Assembly (NCBI GenBank): GCA_038150305.1 | Contig: JAYOTG010000008.1 | Span: forward strand, 8,380 to 72,379 | From: Candidatus Poseidoniales archaeon | GTDB taxonomy: Archaea > Thermoplasmatota > Poseidoniia > Poseidoniales > Poseidoniaceae | DNA: 64,000 nucleotides | Direction of reading: 5' to 3' | Shown: piece after piece, positions 1 through 9,472 of the stretch | Position numbering within the stretch: the stretch's first letter is position 1 | Layout of the letters: every line of letters begins with the position of its first letter | Notes under the pieces: model-generated | Database searches by the model: none | The model's input: the letters and a program-made list of their open reading frames with translations, nothing else | What the model was told of the DNA's origin: nothing | Made by a program: the position numbers and the translations under genes

Positions 1-447
1 CAATTGGTGACCAATCTGCGTCTTCCCGGAGCCGAATGCACCGTACACTTCGACCAGGGCTTGGGTTTCGAAGCCACCGCCGAGCAGATCGTCGATCGAC
101 TGGACCTTGGCGGAGAGCTTGAGCACCTCACGGCGGCGGTCGAGCAGGGCTCCACCGGAGACGAAGCCTCCGATGTTGGCCATCTTCTTGGCACCCGCAA
201 TGATCTTGCTTGCGACCGCCTCGCCAAGTTCCGCCTGCTCAGCAAGCTCGGAAGGCGACATCACGGCGATGGCCAAGAGCTCATCGAAGCCGGCCTCGCG
301 CAGCTTCTCTGCCGTCGCGGGCCCGACCCCAGGGAGGTCTTCGATGCTGACCGTCACCTCGGGTTCCTCCGTCATCAGAAGGTCATCTTCCTCGGAGGTG
401 CTTTCATTCTTCGTCTTGCTTGCTGTGCGCTTGGATTTGGTCGCCAT
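1..447 (-). CDS. radA: DNA repair and recombination protein RadA. Only the N-terminal roughly 149 aa are in the window. The 3' part of the gene lies beyond the window start.
   Basis: I translated the reverse strand by hand. It reads [54 protein letters not shown]...[20 protein letters not shown]. This contains the HhH '[12 protein letters not shown]' motif and the Walker A 'GAFGSGKTQ' typical of archaeal RadA. The ATG is at 447..445. The ORF is absent from the track because it runs off the window edge. Confidence 0.85.
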   Translation of the reverse strand, partial: MATKSKRTASKTKNESTSEEDDLLMTEEPEVTVSIEDLPGVGPATAEKLREAGFDELLAIAVMSPSELAEQAELGEAVASKIIAGAKKMANIGGFVSGGALLDRRREVLKLSAKVQSIDDLLGGGFETQALVEVYGAFGSGKTQIGHQL

Positions 448-573
448 GGGTTCACGTTCCTTGGCGAGAGGGATGGGCGTCCACCTATGAAGGACCTATG
501 GACCCCAACGTGGGGATCAAAGGTGCCCCCTCCCCGGGAGGGCGCCGACGTACCTCGATGGTTCACTTTCAGT

Positions 574-1386
574 TCAGATTTTGTCCACTTCAGACTGTTC
601 GGAGGTGAAGGGCCGAGCGGGGCTCTCTGCCTCGGCGTGAAGCACATCGATGATGCTCGTCACGGTGACTTGTTCGTCGTCCGTGTCGAGGGTGATGCGC
701 AGCACCCAATCGCCGTCGTCGGCTTCGGCTGGCCCGCTGGACCCTTCCCACGTCTCCTCTTGCCCGTCGGCAATCTGTGCGGTTCCCGTGGCGCGCAACG
801 CGTCGCTGCCGTCCAGCAGTTCCCATGTGGCCGACACCGCACGTCCGAGGATACCTCCCACGTTGCCGATGTTCGCCACGGTGGACGACACCTCCACTCG
901 TTCCACGCCTTGTGTGCCGTCGGTCATCACCCTGATGCTGGCGTCATCGGGGTTGGTGGTCCCCGTGTCTTGCCAGTCGAGGCGAAGATCGATTCGAACG
1001 GTGATCTCCTCAGAGGCCTCAAACCCGCTTTCGGTGCGGGCGCCATAGGTCAAGGCGTAGAGGCCATGGGTGGCGTACTCCACCTCGATGCTCGCGGTCT
1101 GGTTGGCGTCGGTCACGATTTCATCTCGTCCGTCGCCAGGAAGCACGAAGAAGGCCACCAGCGAATCGTCGGTGGACGTCACGCGGGCGAAGTCAAAGGT
1201 GAGCGTGACCGATTGGCTGCCGGTTTGTTGCCCGTTTCGCCACGTTTGCTCCACCACGCCGACCGTCTCGTCATAGTACACCTTGAGGTCGACGACCTCG
1301 GCATCGCCTCCATCGTCAGAAGCGCCCGTGCAACCCGCGAGGGAAGCGCTGAGCATCAGAAGGGCCAACAACACGCCGTTGCGCAT
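574..1386 (-). CDS. Secreted lipoprotein of unknown function. The signal peptide ends in the lipobox LAGC. The mature part is acidic and Thr/Asp-rich.
   Basis: The N-terminus MRNGVLLALLMLSASLAGC matches a signal peptide plus lipobox pattern. The ORF is 270 aa. The opposite-strand ORF 4..1398 looks like a GC-driven shadow. Confidence 0.6.
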   Translation of the reverse strand: MRNGVLLALLMLSASLAGCTGASDDGGDAEVVDLKVYYDETVGVVEQTWRNGQQTGSQSVTLTFDFARVTSTDDSLVAFFVLPGDGRDEIVTDANQTASIEVEYATHGLYALTYGARTESGFEASEEITVRIDLRLDWQDTGTTNPDDASIRVMTDGTQGVERVEVSSTVANIGNVGGILGRAVSATWELLDGSDALRATGTAQIADGQEETWEGSSGPAEADDGDWVLRITLDTDDEQVTVTSIIDVLHAEAESPARPFTSEQSEVDKI

Positions 1387-1490
1387 GGTTGCATGTGACC
1401 GTCAGAGGACAAAAACTGCCCGGCTCCCGTGCGAGCAAGCGCGCGACGCATGGCGGTGGGTTGAAGTGGAGGGGGTTGTGCCTTCTGCTC

Positions 1491-1568
1491 AGCGAGGTGG
1501 GGTAGTCTGGATATCCCGTCGGGCTCATAACCCGGAGATCGATGGTTCAAATCCATCCCTCGCTACCA
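1491..1568 (+). tRNA. tRNA-Met (anticodon CAT), initiator-like, with a genomically encoded CCA
   Basis: The acceptor stem AGCGAGG pairs with CCTCGCT over 7 bp with an A1:U72 pair. The T-arm is GATGG-TTCAAAT-CCATC. The anticodon stem-loop is CGGG-CTCATAA-CCCG, giving anticodon CAT with three G:C pairs, which is an archaeal initiator signature. The discriminator A is followed by CCA at 1566-1568. Confidence 0.85.
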
Positions 1569-1569
1569 G

Positions 1570-2310
1570 TCAACCGTACTCATAGTAGTCGTGCGTGGGC
1601 TCCAATGAGGCGATTGCGGCCTGCAATTTTGCTTGCGCCTGTGCCGCTTGGTTCCGGAGCGCATCGCCCTCGACCTTGATGCGCTCGAGCGCAGCACGTG
1701 CACGCGCATCCTTGCACGTGGAGAGGGCCGCCTCAACACGCTCGAGGAGCACCGCGGATTCAGGGGCCCCGTTGGGGACGAGGGAGAGGCCGTGCTCCGC
1801 CTGCACCACGGGTCCAGCCGCGTCCACTGCATCGGCCAAACGCCGACCGAATCCACCGGCCTCACCCAGCCGTTCAACGGCTTCAACATGGGCGAGAAGG
1901 TGCCCCGGGCGCGTCTTGACCAGACGCTTGAGCGCTTTCCGAGCCGCTCCGGCTCGGCCCAGCGCTGCCGCCGCACGCAGGGAGCGAAGGTGGTCCTCTG
2001 CAGCCGGCGTCAGGCGCTCAAGCAGGGCGGGGTCGGCCCGACGCACGGTCCGTTCAAGAGCGCGCCGTTCGCGGTGCAGGCGACGGACCTCGGCTTCGCC
2101 TTCCTTCGCTTTCCCACGGAGGATCAACACGTCACTGAGCAAGCGGAGCGCCTTGACGAGATGGACCTGATCGGTGACCTCACGTCCGCGCTTTGCCCGG
2201 AGTTGGCCGACCAAATCACGGGCCATGACCTCCGTGATTTCCTCGCGTCCATCGGCAAGGTAGCGCTCCAGCTGGACCAGAACCTGCCCGGCATCGCCCA
2301 TCCCAAACAT
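1570..2310 (-). CDS. Hypothetical alpha-helical or coiled-coil protein
   Basis: This is a 246-aa ORF that is Ala/Arg/Leu/Glu-rich and reads like a helical protein. It is more protein-like than the overlapping + strand ORF 1633..2325. It lies head-to-tail with 2343..2948 on the same strand. Confidence 0.4.
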   Translation of the reverse strand: MFGMGDAGQVLVQLERYLADGREEITEVMARDLVGQLRAKRGREVTDQVHLVKALRLLSDVLILRGKAKEGEAEVRRLHRERRALERTVRRADPALLERLTPAAEDHLRSLRAAAALGRAGAARKALKRLVKTRPGHLLAHVEAVERLGEAGGFGRRLADAVDAAGPVVQAEHGLSLVPNGAPESAVLLERVEAALSTCKDARARAALERIKVEGDALRNQAAQAQAKLQAAIASLEPTHDYYEYG

Positions 2311-2342
2311 GACGCTCGGTCATGACAGGCATGTGGAGGCCA

Positions 2343-2948
2343 TCATTCCTTTCCCGGTTCGCGAAGGCCGACGGCAAGGAGGGCCAACACCGCCCCAAGC
2401 CCGAGCACGGCGATGCCCACGACCGTGGGCGTCAGTGCATCGCTTCGTGGCTCGTTGAGCGCGCCCTCATGATCTGGTCCGGTGGACACCACGCTCAGCG
2501 TGGCCCAGCGGTCACCGTCCGACGCACCGTTGCCGTTGACATGGTTGATGTGCAGGTTCGCGCGGACCGCAACGTCCGTCGCGTTCGGCGCAATCCACAC
2601 CGCCGACCAGCCTTCAACAAGCGACGACGGGGCGGTGTGGGTGAGGCCTCCGTCCACGGATTGCATGGTCGCGGAGCCGTTCTCGAGCAAGGTTCCACCG
2701 TCCACCACGAGCCGGAACCCGCCGTTGGCGTCCAGCGGCACGCTGGCGTTGATGTGAATCTGGTAGGCCGTTCCCGGGTCGTAGACCTCGGGCCAGCCAT
2801 GCAGATGGATGGCCTCCTCGAGGGAGGGGCCGCCGTGGCACAGGCAACCGTCGTTCCCTTGTTCGCCGACGCCGTTTGGCGAGGCGACGCTGACCGGGCC
2901 AAGCAGCATGACGGTCAAGAGGGCCACGGTCAGTACACCATGCCGCAT
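2343..2948 (-). CDS. Secreted glycoprotein-like protein with an N-terminal signal peptide and a C-terminal transmembrane anchor
   Basis: The N-terminus MRHGVLTVALLTVMLLGPVSVASP is a signal peptide. There are several N-x-S/T sequons. The C-terminal hydrophobic helix is VVGIAVLGLGAVLALLAVGL, followed by the basic stretch REPGKE. Confidence 0.6.
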   Translation of the reverse strand: MRHGVLTVALLTVMLLGPVSVASPNGVGEQGNDGCLCHGGPSLEEAIHLHGWPEVYDPGTAYQIHINASVPLDANGGFRLVVDGGTLLENGSATMQSVDGGLTHTAPSSLVEGWSAVWIAPNATDVAVRANLHINHVNGNGASDGDRWATLSVVSTGPDHEGALNEPRSDALTPTVVGIAVLGLGAVLALLAVGLREPGKE

Positions 2949-3010
2949 GGCCTCCCCTCATGCACACGTGGAGGCATGAGGTTGAAACGTGTGTCGTCGA
3001 ACCCTCAAGC

Positions 3011-3622
3011 ATGGACGATGACATCGACGTCTTCGCTGAGTTGGGCGTGACCCCCACCGCCGCACCGGCTGCGGGTGGCGGAGACGAGGACTTGCTCGGA
3101 CTTCTGGCCGAGGCCCCTTCCGCACCCACAGCGGATCCTCTGGCCGCGCTAATGGACGGTGACGAGGACGGGTTCGAAACGGCGCAAGGCGCCGTTGAGG
3201 CGACCCCGGCTGCCGAACCTGCTCCCGCACCCGAACCGTCTCAGCCCATACCTGACGCGCAAGCAGCGCCGGCCCTGAGCGAGGAGATGATCGGTCAAGT
3301 CGTGGCCTTGTTGGTGCAACGTGGCCTGTCCGTGGACCCACGCAGGCTTGGCCTCCCTGCAGACACAGGGTTGGACGTGGGTCACGTCACGGTCGAGCGG
3401 GACCAAGACCTCCTCGTCGCTCGTGCGGACGTGACGCTGAACGGCACGCCCATGCATCCTTTCGCGGCGGTGCGCTTGACCGAGGAAGGGCTCACCTCCC
3501 TTTCGCCACCGGATGCCCTGCCGGAGGCGTGGCACCCCATGCACGACGTCCTGGCCACGGCCCTGATGGAAGGCTCCCAACAACTGGAGCAAGCCTTGGG
3601 CCGTGCTTGGGTGCGGGCATAA
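3011..3622 (+). CDS. Hypothetical protein with an acidic, low-complexity N-terminus and a globular C-terminus
   Basis: The ATG is at 3011 (MDDDIDVFAELGV...). The stop TAA is at 3620-3622 and directly abuts the stop of the convergent osmC-like gene. Confidence 0.4.
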   Translation: MDDDIDVFAELGVTPTAAPAAGGGDEDLLGLLAEAPSAPTADPLAALMDGDEDGFETAQGAVEATPAAEPAPAPEPSQPIPDAQAAPALSEEMIGQVVALLVQRGLSVDPRRLGLPADTGLDVGHVTVERDQDLLVARADVTLNGTPMHPFAAVRLTEEGLTSLSPPDALPEAWHPMHDVLATALMEGSQQLEQALGRAWVRA

Positions 3623-4009
3623 TCAGGGCGCGTGAACCTCGGCGGCAAAGGTGATCTCGACATCGGTCCGCAGCGACGTCGAAGCGCTGCAGTACGTGCT
3701 GTGGCTCTTCTCTACGAGACGATGAAGCAACTTCTCTGGCACCCCCCCGCGCACGTGGTACACCATGTGGATCTTGGTGAAGTGCCGTGGCGGTTCTGGC
3801 CGACGCTCGGACTCGAGTTCCAGCCACACTTCGGAGAATGCCCGGTCTTTCAGGCCGGTGACGATGTCGGCGATGGTGCATGCTCCGATGGCTTGGAGCA
3901 TGACCTGCATCGGGGACGGGCCGTCGTTCCAGTCCATGTCCAATTGATCCTTGGCGGCGTTGAAGCACGCCATCTTGCTGCCCCCGGTCCAATGGACTTC
4001 GGCCTTCAT
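3623..4009 (-). CDS. OsmC/Ohr-family peroxiredoxin-like protein
   Basis: The C-terminal 128 aa of track ORF 3623..5134 read MKAEVHWTGG...GPSPMQVMLQAIGACTIADIV...HMVYHVRGG...YCSAS, which is an OsmC-like fold pattern with two conserved Cys. The ATG at 4009..4007 was verified in the sequence. The remainder of that long track ORF is the antisense shadow of icd. Confidence 0.8.
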   Translation of the reverse strand: MKAEVHWTGGSKMACFNAAKDQLDMDWNDGPSPMQVMLQAIGACTIADIVTGLKDRAFSEVWLELESERRPEPPRHFTKIHMVYHVRGGVPEKLLHRLVEKSHSTYCSASTSLRTDVEITFAAEVHAP

Positions 4010-4105
4010 GCCATGGCGTGAACGCTGCCCATCTTCATGCTTCGCGAAGTCTTGCCATGAAATGGGCGGGGAGGGATTCAAGAACAGCCGGCAGGTGGCC
4101 CGGTC

Positions 4106-5344
4106 ATGAGCGAAAACCAAGGCACCCCCATCACCCTTGAAAACGGCGTCCTTTCCGTGCCAGACCGACCCACGGTCCACTACATCGAGGGCGACGGCAT
4201 TGGCATCGACATCACCCCGGTGATGATCAACGTCATCGACGCCGCCGTCGAGAAGGCCTACGGCGGCCAGCGCAGCATCGCATGGTCGGAAGTGCTGGCC
4301 GGTGAGAAGGCGTTCAACGCCACCGGTGAGTGGCTTCCAGAAGCGACCCTCGAGGCGATGCGCTCTGGACTGGTCTCGATCAAGGGCCCGCTGACCACCC
4401 CCGTGGGTGGCGGCATCCGCAGCCTGAACGTGGCCCTCCGTCAGAAGCTCGACCTCTTCGCCTGCGTTCGCCCCGTGCGGTGGTACGAAGGCACGCCTTC
4501 GCCCGTCAAGGCCCCCGGCGACGTGGACATGGTCATCTTCCGTGAGAACAGCGAAGACGTCTATGCGGGCATTGAATGGGAAGCCGGAAGCGAAGGCGTG
4601 GCGAAGCTCATCGCCTTCCTGCAGAACGAAATGGGTGTCGACAAGATTCGCTTCCCCAACACCAGCGGCATTGGCATCAAGCCCATCTCCAGTGAGGGCA
4701 CGGCCCGGATCGTCCGTGCCGCCCTCCAGTACGTCATCGACAACGACCGAGACAGCCTGACCTTGGTGCACAAGGGCAACATCATGAAGTTCACTGAAGG
4801 CGGATTCCGAGACTGGGGTTACCAGATCGCCAAGGACGAATTTGGCGCCACGGAACTCGACGGTGGGCCATGGTGCACCTTCACCAACCCCAACACCGGC
4901 ACCACGATCACGGTCAAGGACGTCATCGCCGATGCCATGCTCCAGCAGGTGCTCACCCGCCCCCGAGAATACGGCGTGCTGGCGACGATGAACCTCAACG
5001 GCGATTACATCTCGGACGCGCTCGCAGCCCAAGTCGGTGGCATCGGCATCGCCCCCGGTGCGAACATCAACTACAACACCGGCATTGCCATCTTTGAAGC
5101 AACCCACGGCACCGCTCCCAAGTACACCGGCCAAGACAAGGTCAACCCCGGCAGCCTCATCCTCTCAGCAGAAATGATGCTGCGTCACATGGGCTGGACC
5201 GAGGCGGCCGATCTGGTGGTCAAGGGCATGGAAGGCGCCATTTCTGCCCGCACGGTCACCTACGACTTTGAGCGACTGATGGACGACGCGACCCTGTTGT
5301 CCTGCAGCGCCTTCGGTGAGGCCATCGTCTCCCACATGGCGTGA
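4106..5344 (+). CDS. icd: NADP-dependent isocitrate dehydrogenase
   Basis: This is a 412-aa ORF. Motifs include '[12 protein letters not shown]', '[32 protein letters not shown]' and '[26 protein letters not shown]', which are typical of prokaryotic NADP-IDH. Confidence 0.9.
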   Translation: MSENQGTPITLENGVLSVPDRPTVHYIEGDGIGIDITPVMINVIDAAVEKAYGGQRSIAWSEVLAGEKAFNATGEWLPEATLEAMRSGLVSIKGPLTTPVGGGIRSLNVALRQKLDLFACVRPVRWYEGTPSPVKAPGDVDMVIFRENSEDVYAGIEWEAGSEGVAKLIAFLQNEMGVDKIRFPNTSGIGIKPISSEGTARIVRAALQYVIDNDRDSLTLVHKGNIMKFTEGGFRDWGYQIAKDEFGATELDGGPWCTFTNPNTGTTITVKDVIADAMLQQVLTRPREYGVLATMNLNGDYISDALAAQVGGIGIAPGANINYNTGIAIFEATHGTAPKYTGQDKVNPGSLILSAEMMLRHMGWTEAADLVVKGMEGAISARTVTYDFERLMDDATLLSCSAFGEAIVSHMA

Positions 5345-5381
5345 AGCAGCACAGGCTCCGAGTCACGGCGCACCCGCCGAA

Positions 5382-8300
5382 TCAGCGGGCTGACCATTGG
5401 TTGAGGGTTTGTGCGTTCTTGATGACGCCGAAGCCGAGGTTCTCCAGCAACGAGGGTGCAACGAGGGTGAAGTCGCTGTCCCTGGTGGCGACCAGCACAG
5501 CGCCGAAATCTTCCAGTGGAATCTCTGCCAACCGCATCGCGAGGCACATGATTTCGCGGTCTTCCTTCTCGGGGTAGATGTCGCGGCTTGAGCCCAAGGA
5601 GGTGCGCTGCGGTTGACCGCGCAGTCGTTTCATGGCCGTGACCTCGTCGTACACGTCGCTGTGGCCGGCCAGGAAGGCGTCGAGCTTGGCCACACGTTCG
5701 TCCTCCATCGCCTCTGCATCGTAGCGCTCCTCCCGCTTGGTCCAGGTCTCAAAGGAAATCAGGACCTCGTTGAGGGCATCCTCAACGTTGGCGTCATCGA
5801 GGATGGCTTCGATGTCCTCTGGCGTGGCGAAGGTGTCACGCAGACGGTCACGCAGCACGTTTCCACCCTTGGCAATGGAGGTCAATTCATGCCGGACGGG
5901 CTCGGGGAGCATCAGCTGAACCTTCCCGGAGGCACCCAAACGCTCGAGGTGATGGTGCAGGTCGCGGTTGGCGTCGATGGCCAAACCTGCTCGCATGCTC
6001 CGGCCCGTGCGCTGAATCAGGCGGTCGAGGAGCGCGTCCACCAACACGTTGGTGTCCACCAAAATCAGTGGAGCCAGCTTCAGGTGGCGGAGGTGTCGCC
6101 GGTCCGCTACGGCGATGTGATCGCGCTTCATGATGAACAGCGAGCGCATGGAATTCTCGATCTGTCGCTGCTGCATCAAGCGGAATTGCTTGGAGGACAG
6201 CGCCCGCTCGAGGAACATCAATCCGGTGAGAGCGTGGTCGTCAGAAGCGCGGCGGGCGAGTTCGTACACCTCTTCAGGCGTAGGGGAACTGTCCATCAGT
6301 TGTGCGTAGCGTTGGTCGTGGTTCCGTCGATGGCTGCGACGCTGGCTCGAGAGGTTCTTGGCCGCCATGACACGACCGATGAAGGGATGCTTTGGCAGAG
6401 GGATGGCGTGAGCATCAGGATATGCGAGGAGGATGTCGAGTTGATCCTCATTGTACCAGATGCGCGTACGCTCTCGTTCCTCGCCCTCTTCGTTCTCTTC
6501 GATGACGACTTCGCGTTCTTTGACCGCTTCACGGATGATGTGCGTCGCATCGTCCGTCGCTCCGTTGTGCGCCGTGTGTGAAACGCGCAAGTAGAGCAAG
6601 AAGCGTTCGGTCATCGCGGTCCGCAGCCCAGGTTCCTCGTTCACAAGGTCGATCGCGCGCTTCCATTCACCGGAAAACGCGTAGTGGATCAACGATTTGC
6701 GGTTCAGCGCCACGCGGTGCTCGAAGTCGAAGGCGAATTCGTTGTCCTCTGGCGCATCGACCGCCCCTTGCTGCTTGGCAGCGCGGCCGTATTCTTGGGC
6801 AGCGCGCAAGTGCTGACCCTCTGAGGAAGCGAGCGCTGCGCGTGCAACCACGCTCCACGGGGAGCGGGGGTCGTGCTCTTGGTACCACGCCACCAACGAG
6901 GGCAAGGGGAGGTCGTGGTCAAAGAGCAACTGGCGGATGGCGTGGATGCGCCGAGTGGGAACGTTGTCGCCTCCAACCAGGCCGTCGATGAGGGAGACGG
7001 TTTGTGCGTTGGAGGTCCCGTTTTGCACCTGCTGAATGGCCGAGTTCAAGCGCAAGGTGGCGGTGATGGCATGCGCAAGGCCATCGTCGATGGGGTTCAG
7101 GTTGCCTTCACCAAGCGCCTCTTCGAACTCATCGAGCACTTTGGACTCAACAACCCCATCGCCGCCTTCGAGCAAGGCACGGCGAATTTGTTTGTAGGCC
7201 AGAAGGCCCTGTTTGGTGTGCACGATGTCCTGGAACAAGTCCTCGGGAGCATCACCGCCTTCGAGCAGTTGAATCAAAGAGGCCGTCTTTGGCCCGAACG
7301 CAGCAGGAGGCACGCTTTCATGGAGCAACGGGAGCAAGGTTTGCCGGGCCGAGCGCACCCCGTGGTACAGGTCGATGTCCTTGCGAGCGGCCAACAAATG
7401 AGCACACAAGGTGACCAACCACGGATGATGGTCGGCATGGGCTCCTTCGATCAACAATCGGGAAAGGCGTCGAATTTCTTGCCCTTCCAAAAGCACGGGG
7501 ACGAGGCGTGCGACGTCCTCCCCAGAGAAGGCGAATCCGCCGTCCTGAAGACTGCGGAACGCGGTCATCCGAGGCAACGCAGGTAAAGCGTCGTGCAGGG
7601 CGATGTGCAAGCGAGCGGGTGCTTCCATCCGCTCACAGACGCCCGCCAACCAGTCCGTGGCTTCCACGGCATCGATGCTGACGACAAGGTCGCCCAAAGA
7701 CACCGCGTCAACCTCACCGTCTACGGAAAGGGACGTCAGCGATGCAATGGCGTCCGCCTGTTGACCTTCCGAAACGAGCGCTCCGAGGTGCCACCAGCGC
7801 ACGCGGTCCACCACGGGACCCGGTGCGGAAGCCGCTTCGAGCAAGGCGAGTCCTTCCTGCAGGGTGCTGGCGTCAAGGTCCGCGGCCAACTCGTCAGGTT
7901 GCATCCACGCCAAGCGTTGGCGCATGCGGTCGAGGGACGTCTCGGTACCGGCAGCCCGACTGAGGTTCCAATCGGCCACCTCGCCCGCTCGAAGCGCGGC
8001 CAAATCGCGATGCTTCTCCGCCAAGTCCTCGTCTTCGGCCGCAAGGGCCGCAAGGGATGCCTCGGGCAGGGGTTGGCCAAGGGACTGGGCCACCACCACG
8101 GCCACGGCGCTGAGTGAGCCCTCAAGCTCCAAGAGGGCCGGATCAAGGCTGATGCTTTTCCGTGCCTTCAGCTGAGGGATGAGGGTGTTGAGGGCGACTT
8201 TGGGGGCAGCGTCCACCACCAGGGGTTGAGCCGCGAGCACGAGGGCGAGGAGTTCCTCGCTGTCTTCGCCCGAAATGTCGGCCAGCGCGAGATCCATTGC

Positions 8301-8834
8301 ATCAACGGCGGCCACCGCCTCGCTGGGCTCGGCTTCCGGGAAACCGGACATTTGGGCGAGCACAGGGCATCGGCGGGCAACGTCGGCCCAAACCGGGTGA
8401 ACGCCGTCGCCCAAGCAGAGGTCGAGACGCTCCTGCACCGCCGCATCGTGAGCCTCATCCCAAGCGTCTGCGTCGAGCGTCTTGCGTGCGGTCAGCACCG
8501 CGAATCCGAAGGCTGCAGAGAAGGTGTCGTCGGACAAGACGTCCTCCACGTTCGGCAGGTGGTCCAAAGGACTTCCAGAACTCCGACCACCGCGACGGCC
8601 ACGTCGAGCGCGCGCGCCGCGAGGAGCGCGAGCGGGGAGAGCGGGGCCGTCGTCTTCGTCCTCGTCAGCGCCCGGTGCTTCCACCTCATGCAGGGCGAGG
8701 AGCAAGATGCCCTGCCACGGTTTCTGAAGGAGCTTGAACTCGTCTTGCCGGGTGGCAAAGGCCACACGCTGAGGCGCCCGCATCGGGCGACTGAAGCCCG
8801 ATGAGAGGCAGGTGGCGAGGTACTGTTCTTGCAA
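5382..8834 (-). CDS. Large (roughly 1100-1150 aa) cytoplasmic alpha-helical protein with a C-terminal PIN-family nuclease domain
   Basis: The C-terminal region carries PIN acidic motifs: 'LILVDTNVLVDAL' (first Asp), 'LPEPVRHELTS' (Glu) and 'AVLVATRDSDFTLV' (Thr-x-Asp...Asp). No P-loop or signal peptide is present. The first roughly 90 aa are low-complexity (PARAPRGARARRGRRGG), so the true start may lie downstream. Confidence 0.65.
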   Translation of the reverse strand: MQEQYLATCLSSGFSRPMRAPQRVAFATRQDEFKLLQKPWQGILLLALHEVEAPGADEDEDDGPALPARAPRGARARRGRRGGRSSGSPLDHLPNVEDVLSDDTFSAAFGFAVLTARKTLDADAWDEAHDAAVQERLDLCLGDGVHPVWADVARRCPVLAQMSGFPEAEPSEAVAAVDAMDLALADISGEDSEELLALVLAAQPLVVDAAPKVALNTLIPQLKARKSISLDPALLELEGSLSAVAVVVAQSLGQPLPEASLAALAAEDEDLAEKHRDLAALRAGEVADWNLSRAAGTETSLDRMRQRLAWMQPDELAADLDASTLQEGLALLEAASAPGPVVDRVRWWHLGALVSEGQQADAIASLTSLSVDGEVDAVSLGDLVVSIDAVEATDWLAGVCERMEAPARLHIALHDALPALPRMTAFRSLQDGGFAFSGEDVARLVPVLLEGQEIRRLSRLLIEGAHADHHPWLVTLCAHLLAARKDIDLYHGVRSARQTLLPLLHESVPPAAFGPKTASLIQLLEGGDAPEDLFQDIVHTKQGLLAYKQIRRALLEGGDGVVESKVLDEFEEALGEGNLNPIDDGLAHAITATLRLNSAIQQVQNGTSNAQTVSLIDGLVGGDNVPTRRIHAIRQLLFDHDLPLPSLVAWYQEHDPRSPWSVVARAALASSEGQHLRAAQEYGRAAKQQGAVDAPEDNEFAFDFEHRVALNRKSLIHYAFSGEWKRAIDLVNEEPGLRTAMTERFLLYLRVSHTAHNGATDDATHIIREAVKEREVVIEENEEGEERERTRIWYNEDQLDILLAYPDAHAIPLPKHPFIGRVMAAKNLSSQRRSHRRNHDQRYAQLMDSSPTPEEVYELARRASDDHALTGLMFLERALSSKQFRLMQQRQIENSMRSLFIMKRDHIAVADRRHLRHLKLAPLILVDTNVLVDALLDRLIQRTGRSMRAGLAIDANRDLHHHLERLGASGKVQLMLPEPVRHELTSIAKGGNVLRDRLRDTFATPEDIEAILDDANVEDALNEVLISFETWTKREERYDAEAMEDERVAKLDAFLAGHSDVYDEVTAMKRLRGQPQRTSLGSSRDIYPEKEDREIMCLAMRLAEIPLEDFGAVLVATRDSDFTLVAPSLLENLGFGVIKNAQTLNQWSAR

Positions 8835-8957
8835 TCAGACACCCCCCGTGCGAACCGGCAAGGCTCGACGTCTTTCAATGCGTCGCCGTGCGGCACTTCC
8901 TGTCCGTTCCAGAACGAAAGGTCTTGAGGAGGGGCCACGCCTCCACCACGGAGGGTC

Positions 8958-9428
8958 ATGGAGCCGTTGTCCACCGCCCTCCTGTTGCTTCACCCCTTCC
9001 TTGCGCTCCTCATCGTGCTGTGGCTCGTTCGTCAGCACGGTTGGCGCAAGGGCGGAGGGACGCTGAAAGGAGAAGCGCGCCGCGAAGCCCTCGCCGAGCA
9101 CGTGCGAAGCGGCGAGCGTTTGTTGGTCGCCACGGTGGGCCTCGTGCTCGTGGCGGTGCTGGCTCGGGCAGCGGCAGGCTACATCGAAGAGGGGCGCATC
9201 ACGGCCATGTTGCTGCCGACCAACCTCCACGGATGGACCGGCCCACTCGGCCTGTGGGTGTTGTGGACCACGGTGCGCCACGGGCGCCAGGCTTTGGCCG
9301 CCATGGACAACAAGGAAAGCATCGTTGCCCCACGGACCCGTCACGGCCGAGCCGCTGACCTGATGTTGATCTTGGTTGGAATCCACGCCTTCCTTGGCTT
9401 CCTCTACACCTTCGCGGTGCTGTCCTGA
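8958..9428 (+). CDS. Small integral membrane protein (about 4 TM helices)
   Basis: This is a 156-aa ORF with four hydrophobic segments. The ATG at 8958 is preceded by GGAGGG. It is divergent from the PIN-protein gene. Confidence 0.55.
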   Translation: MEPLSTALLLLHPFLALLIVLWLVRQHGWRKGGGTLKGEARREALAEHVRSGERLLVATVGLVLVAVLARAAAGYIEEGRITAMLLPTNLHGWTGPLGLWVLWTTVRHGRQALAAMDNKESIVAPRTRHGRAADLMLILVGIHAFLGFLYTFAVLS

Positions 9429-9472
9429 CGTTCAGAACATGCCTTGAAAAAGACCAGAGGGCGGCCGGAGCC

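Noticed and set aside
4-1398. A 464-aa + strand ORF spanning the radA and lipoprotein region
   Set aside because: Its translation is Gly/Arg/Leu-rich and not protein-like. The opposite strand encodes a clear RadA N-terminus and a signal-peptide lipoprotein. It is a typical antisense shadow ORF in GC-rich DNA.
3623-5134. A 503-aa minus-strand ORF
   Set aside because: Only its last 128 codons (the OsmC-like gene, 3623..4009) are protein-like. The rest is the antisense of the well-supported icd gene.
5613-8117. Several + strand ORFs of 170-320 aa inside the PIN-protein gene (5613..6581, 6873..7586, 7593..8117)
   Set aside because: They lie antisense to a continuous 3.4-kb ORF with recognisable C-terminal PIN motifs. 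Their compositions are His/Gly/Val/Gln-rich noise.
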